In this document: piece after piece, positions 60,295 to 64,000 of the stretch
How the letters are laid out: the number at the start of each line of letters is the position of its first letter
How positions within the stretch are numbered: position 1 is the stretch's first letter
Assembly (NCBI GenBank): GCA_038063735.1
Contig: JBBTUN010000001.1
Location: forward strand, 9,751-73,750
Length of the DNA: 64,000 bases
Reading direction: 5' to 3'
Source of the DNA: Patescibacteria group bacterium
GTDB taxonomy: Bacteria > Patescibacteriota > Microgenomatia > Curtissbacterales > GWA2-41-24
The notes under the pieces: model-generated
Databases searched by the model: none
What the model saw: the letters and a program-made list of their open reading frames with translations, nothing else
Told to the model about the DNA's origin: nothing
Translations under genes and position numbers: made by a program

Positions 60295-60522
60295 TTATTT
60301 AACTACCTCCGTTGTTTTAAAGTGGACAGTTTTAGAAATTGGTTTTGTTTCGATTATTTTTACTTTATCTCCAACTTGAACTCCCAATTCGTCATGCGCT
60401 TTTATGTTTTTAGATTTAGTTATCAACTTTTTGTAAAGAGGGTGCTTTACTTTTGAAACTATTTTAACGACGACAGTTTTTTCCATTTTATTGGATGTTA
60501 CTATCCCTGTTTTAATCTTCAT
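60295..60522 (-). CDS. rpsQ: 30S ribosomal protein S17
   Basis: S17 OB fold. Confidence 0.9.
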   Translation of the reverse strand: MKIKTGIVTSNKMEKTVVVKIVSKVKHPLYKKLITKSKNIKAHDELGVQVGDKVKIIETKPISKTVHFKTTEVVK

Positions 60523-60760
60523 TTTCTTTCTCCTTATCCTTTACATCATTTTTCACAATATTTGCTTTTGAAGTTACTCTAAGAAATGTCATAATTCTCG
60601 CTATGTCTTTCCTTTTGCTATTTGCAAGATGAACATTTTTTACTTGTCCCATTTTTGATTGCACTCGCGTCTCGGTTAACCCATGACGAGCGTCTGTTTC
60701 TTTCTTTTTAAGGTCCAGATAATTTTTTGTCCTTAAATCTTTTAAATCTTTCTTTTTCAT
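60512..60760 (-). CDS. rpmC: 50S ribosomal protein L29 (acidic C-terminal tail)
   Basis: Position between rplP and rpsQ, and an L29-like helical N-terminus. Confidence 0.75.
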   Translation of the reverse strand: MKKKDLKDLRTKNYLDLKKKETDARHGLTETRVQSKMGQVKNVHLANSKRKDIARIMTFLRVTSKANIVKNDVKDKEKENED

Positions 60761-60762
60761 TT

Positions 60763-61167
60763 TTATCTAATTATTAATTTTGTTTTAATAGGCAGTTTGT
60801 GGGCAGCAAGTCGCATTGCTTCCTGGGCGATTTTATCCTCGACTGAACCCATTTCGAAAAGGATCGTGCCTGGCTTAACTACGGCTACATAGTGATCTAC
60901 GTCTCCCTTACCCGAGCCCATCCGGGTTTCTGCGGGTTTTTTAGTAACTGGTTTATCAGGGAAAATTCTAATCCAGATTCTTCCACCTCTTTTTGTGTAA
61001 TGCGTCATTGCCCGACGGGCGGCTTCAATCTGTCTGGCAGTAATCCAAGCACATTCCTGACTTTTTAGGCCATGAGACCCAAATGCCAACATGCTTCCTC
61101 GGGTTGCGACACCACCTCTTCTATTTCTAAACTGTTTTCTATACTTTGCTCTTTTAGGCGCGAGCAT
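60763..61167 (-). CDS. rplP: 50S ribosomal protein L16
   Basis: [19 protein letters not shown]. Confidence 0.9.
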   Translation of the reverse strand: MLAPKRAKYRKQFRNRRGGVATRGSMLAFGSHGLKSQECAWITARQIEAARRAMTHYTKRGGRIWIRIFPDKPVTKKPAETRMGSGKGDVDHYVAVVKPGTILFEMGSVEDKIAQEAMRLAAHKLPIKTKLIIR

Positions 61168-61233
61168 ATAACCTCCTTTGAAGGAATTTAAAATTTATAG
61201 TTTCTAATTCTGTATATTTCATTTATTTACTTT

Positions 61234-61878
61234 TTAGAGAATTCCCTCTCCTTTATATATCCAAACTTTAATCCCTACTATTCCGGCTTTTGGTACTTTG
61301 GCATGAACCTTTGCAAAGTCAATTTGTGCTCTTAATGTCTGCAGTGGTATTGCCCCATCTTTTACGGTTTCGCGCCTTGCGATTTCAGATCCACCAAGTC
61401 TGCCGGCAAGAGAAATTTTTGCTCCTTTTGCACCAGATCTTTTAACTCTTTCCAGTGACTGGTTTATTACCCTACGGAAAGGGATTCTTCTCATAAGCTG
61501 ATCTGAGACATTGATCGCAACCAGATATGCATCCAAATCCGGGTATTTTACCTCTTCAAATTTTATTTCTAATTTTCCCGGATCCTTGATTTTAAATTCT
61601 TTTAGCAAACTTGATTTTAGCTGCTCTGCACCGGCACCTCCCCTACCGATTGCGACACCTGGACGAGAAACGTGAATACTTATTGTTCGTTTATCAAAAA
61701 ATCTTTCAATTTCAACCTTAGATATTCCGGCATTTTTAAGGTTATACATTAAAAATTTTCTAATTTTTTGATCCTCCAGCAGGTTTTCTCCAAAAACACC
61801 CTTTTTTGCAAACCATCTGGAAGACCAGGTATAAATACCACCCATTCTAAAACCTATCGGATTAACTTTTTGTCCCAC
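61234..61878 (-). CDS. rpsC: 30S ribosomal protein S3
   Basis: GQKVNPIGFRMG. The start is trimmed to GTG at 61878. The ORF track extends to 61956, through rplV. Confidence 0.85.
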   Translation of the reverse strand: MGQKVNPIGFRMGGIYTWSSRWFAKKGVFGENLLEDQKIRKFLMYNLKNAGISKVEIERFFDKRTISIHVSRPGVAIGRGGAGAEQLKSSLLKEFKIKDPGKLEIKFEEVKYPDLDAYLVAINVSDQLMRRIPFRRVINQSLERVKRSGAKGAKISLAGRLGGSEIARRETVKDGAIPLQTLRAQIDFAKVHAKVPKAGIVGIKVWIYKGEGIL

Positions 61879-62269
61879 CGGAAACCTCCTTTTGATTTTC
61901 TTTTTTATCTTCCAGGGGATTTGTCTCTTTTTTCTGTTTTTCGCCCGAAAGTACAATTCTTATATTGCTTGTTTGTTTTTTTATCGAGTGGGCTCTTCCC
62001 CTGGAAACCGGCCTATATCTTTTAAAAACAATGCCCTTTGTTACATTTATTTCTTGGAAGGTTAAGCTGTTTTCATCCAGTTCAAAATTATTTTTTGCAT
62101 TGGCAATAGCCGACATAATAGCTTTTTTCAACGGCATTGAGGGCTTGTTTGGCACAAAATCCAAGATCTCAATCGCTTTTGCAGGCTTCATTTTTTTAAT
62201 TTGCGCCACAACAAGTCTAATCTTTTGAGGAGATATTCTAATATTTTTCGCAATTGCTACTGCTTCCAT
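61862..62269 (-). CDS. rplV: 50S ribosomal protein L22 (basic/acidic C-terminal extension)
   Basis: L22 core SPQKIRLVVAQIKK. Confidence 0.85.
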   Translation of the reverse strand: MEAVAIAKNIRISPQKIRLVVAQIKKMKPAKAIEILDFVPNKPSMPLKKAIMSAIANAKNNFELDENSLTFQEINVTKGIVFKRYRPVSRGRAHSIKKQTSNIRIVLSGEKQKKETNPLEDKKENQKEVSGGTKS

Positions 62270-62271
62270 AA

Positions 62272-62556
62272 TTATTTTTTGGCTGTTGCCTTTTCTGTTA
62301 TTTTTCCATGACCTCTAAACGTCCTTGTTGGAGAAAATTCTCCGAGTCTGTGCCCAACCATGGGCTCCGAAACAAAAACGTTAATAAACGTTCGGCCATT
62401 GTGCACAGAAAAAGTGTGGTTTACAAATTCCGGTGCAATTTGGCAGTGTCTCGCCCAGGTTTTAATTGCCGCCTTTTGACCGCTTTCTTTTTGACTCATT
62501 ACTTTTTTTAATAATTTTGGGTCTACGTATGGACCTTTTTTACTTGATCTTGCCAT
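62272..62556 (-). CDS. rpsS: 30S ribosomal protein S19
   Basis: [12 protein letters not shown]. Confidence 0.9.
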   Translation of the reverse strand: MARSSKKGPYVDPKLLKKVMSQKESGQKAAIKTWARHCQIAPEFVNHTFSVHNGRTFINVFVSEPMVGHRLGEFSPTRTFRGHGKITEKATAKK

Positions 62557-63377
62557 TATTTGTTTCTCCTCGACAAAATAAATTTGCCTGACGGTTTCTT
62601 TTTGCTTCTTGTTTTTCCAGCAGCAGGTTTACCTTGTCTTGTTTTAGGATGCATACCAACACCGCTCTTACCTTCTCCTCCACCATGTGGATGAGAATTT
62701 GGATCCATTGCAACTCCTCGTACCTTAGGTCTTCTGCCCATATGGCGGGATTTTCCTGCTTTGCCAAGTGATGTATTTTTCCAATCAATATTGCCTATCT
62801 GGCCGATGGTTGCAAAACAAGATGCATTTACTTTTCTTACTTCTTTTGAAGGAAGTTTGAGATGAACATATTTGCCTTCTTTTGCGGCAACTATTGCTGC
62901 TGCACCCGCGCTTCTAACAATTTGTCCTCCACAACCCGGCATTAATTCAATGTTATGTACAAATGTCCCAATCGGCATATTAATAAGGGGCATTGCATTG
63001 CCAGCTTTAATGGGAGTTTTGGCGGCTGCCGATATTTTATCGCCGATTTTTAAATCAAGAGGTGCCAGTATATACCTTTTCTCCCCATCTTTATAATGAA
63101 TCAGCGCAATGTTTGCCGTTCTGTTCGGATCGTATTCAACAGATGCAACAGTTCCCTCAATTTCTCTTTTGTTTCTTTTAAAGTCAATTTCGCGGAAATT
63201 TCTTTTATGGCCACCGCCCTTACCTCTTACTGTAATGGTGCCATTTGATCTTCCTGCGGTTTTATTGAGACTACTTATTAAGGTTCTTTCCGGCTTTGTT
63301 TTTGTAATTTCGGTAAAGCCAAGACCAGTCTTAAATCTTTGGCCGGGGCTTGTTCCTTTGTAAACTCTTAGTGACAT
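62556..63377 (-). CDS. rplB: 50S ribosomal protein L2
   Basis: L2 core with GGGHKR. Confidence 0.9.
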   Translation of the reverse strand: MSLRVYKGTSPGQRFKTGLGFTEITKTKPERTLISSLNKTAGRSNGTITVRGKGGGHKRNFREIDFKRNKREIEGTVASVEYDPNRTANIALIHYKDGEKRYILAPLDLKIGDKISAAAKTPIKAGNAMPLINMPIGTFVHNIELMPGCGGQIVRSAGAAAIVAAKEGKYVHLKLPSKEVRKVNASCFATIGQIGNIDWKNTSLGKAGKSRHMGRRPKVRGVAMDPNSHPHGGGEGKSGVGMHPKTRQGKPAAGKTRSKKKPSGKFILSRRNK

Positions 63378-63400
63378 TTTATTGGTAAAGTAACGTTAGG

Positions 63401-63832
63401 TTACTCGCTTTCCTCCTTTTTATTTTCTTGCTTGTTTTCTTGTTTTGGCTTGCCTATTCGTGACAGGAGACCCTTTTTCTCCTTGCTGCCCTTTAATGAT
63501 TCTTTTGCTTTTGACACTTTTGATGTTTTCTTCTCTGCCTCTTTTTTGGGTGAGAGCAAGGCTATACTTTGTCCGGACATTAAGTAAACAAGCGCTTTCT
63601 TACGAACACCTGTTGAAACCTGCTTTCTGGTTCCACTGATTTTCTTTTTCTTTCCAGACATGGTCAGTACGTTTACTTTTTTCACTTTCACCGAAAATTG
63701 TTTTTCTACAGCTTTTTTAATTTCGTACTTAGTTGCAGTCTTGTTTACAAAAAAGCTGTAAATTCCTGATTCCATAAATGAATAAGCTTTTTCGGAAAGC
63801 AGGGCTTTTTTAATTACATAACTTGTTTTCAT
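63401..63832 (-). CDS. rplW: 50S ribosomal protein L23 (Lys-rich C-terminal extension)
   Basis: L23 core, 143 aa. Confidence 0.85.
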   Translation of the reverse strand: MKTSYVIKKALLSEKAYSFMESGIYSFFVNKTATKYEIKKAVEKQFSVKVKKVNVLTMSGKKKKISGTRKQVSTGVRKKALVYLMSGQSIALLSPKKEAEKKTSKVSKAKESLKGSKEKKGLLSRIGKPKQENKQENKKEESE

Positions 63833-64000
63833 ACAAATTTCTCCAAAGCATCTTTTGAAAAAATAATGCTATTATTGTTCCAAACCAGATACGCATTTAA
63901 GTTTGCGGGTGTTTCAACAAACGTGTTTGGGATATTTCTGGAAGCGAGGCTTACGTTTTTGCTTTTTTCGCCGACTACAAGTAGTACATGTTTTTTGGCA
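63829..64000 (-). CDS. rplD: 50S ribosomal protein L4, C-terminal part; the gene continues beyond the window end
   Basis: Manual translation ...AKKHVLLVVGEKSKNVSLASRNIPNTFVETPANLNAYLVWNNNSIIFSKDALEKFV. Its stop overlaps the rplW start (ATGA). Confidence 0.8.
   Translation of the reverse strand, partial: AKKHVLLVVGEKSKNVSLASRNIPNTFVETPANLNAYLVWNNNSIIFSKDALEKFV

Noticed and set aside
1-64000. CRISPR arrays, rRNA genes, IS/transposase genes
   Set aside because: I could find no direct-repeat/spacer periodicity, no rRNA-like conserved blocks and no transposase-like ORFs in the window. The only retroelement is the DGR.

Overview
This is a low-GC bacterial chromosome segment (TTG/GTG starts are frequent). 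It reads like a small-genome Patescibacteria/CPR-type organism, but that is inference. Supporting signs: the ribosomal superoperon has no L30 gene between S5 and L15, several r-proteins carry Lys-rich tails, and the enzyme complement includes archaeal-type versions (two PurP, class-IIb AspRS). Content from left to right, almost all on the minus strand: (1) an aaRS cluster cysS(partial)–PIG-L deacetylase–gltX, followed by a DacA-like carboxypeptidase, aspS, recJ and cca; (2) a fused secD/secF region and a patchy accessory stretch containing an HTH-NTase regulator, DUF3048, a DUF5679 zinc ribbon, ComM/YifB, a matrixin-like metzincin, a frameshifted SNase-like nuclease and GtrA; (3) a complete diversity-generating retroelement (DGR): target gene with a 121-bp VR, a cognate TR with 24 adenine-specific mismatches, an Avd encoded on the opposite strand, a DGR-type reverse transcriptase, and a translationally coupled Ham1/RdgB ITPase; (4) a near-complete de novo purine operon guaA-purC-purE-purB-purP-purA-purP-purM-purQ-purSL-purND with fused enzymes and two archaeal-type purP instead of purH; (5) RNase P RNA, AI-2E permease, miaA, two GT-C glycosyltransferases, miaB-like, hup, rny, recX-recA and tRNA-Pro(GGG); (6) the rpsI-rplM / alpha / spc / S10 ribosomal-protein superoperon, including secY, adk, map, infA, rpmJ and rpoA. 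The standout system is the DGR. Its unusual features are a divergent avd sharing a CATG start with the RT, a C10/G10 homopolymer that frameshifts avd, and an ITPase coupled to the RT.
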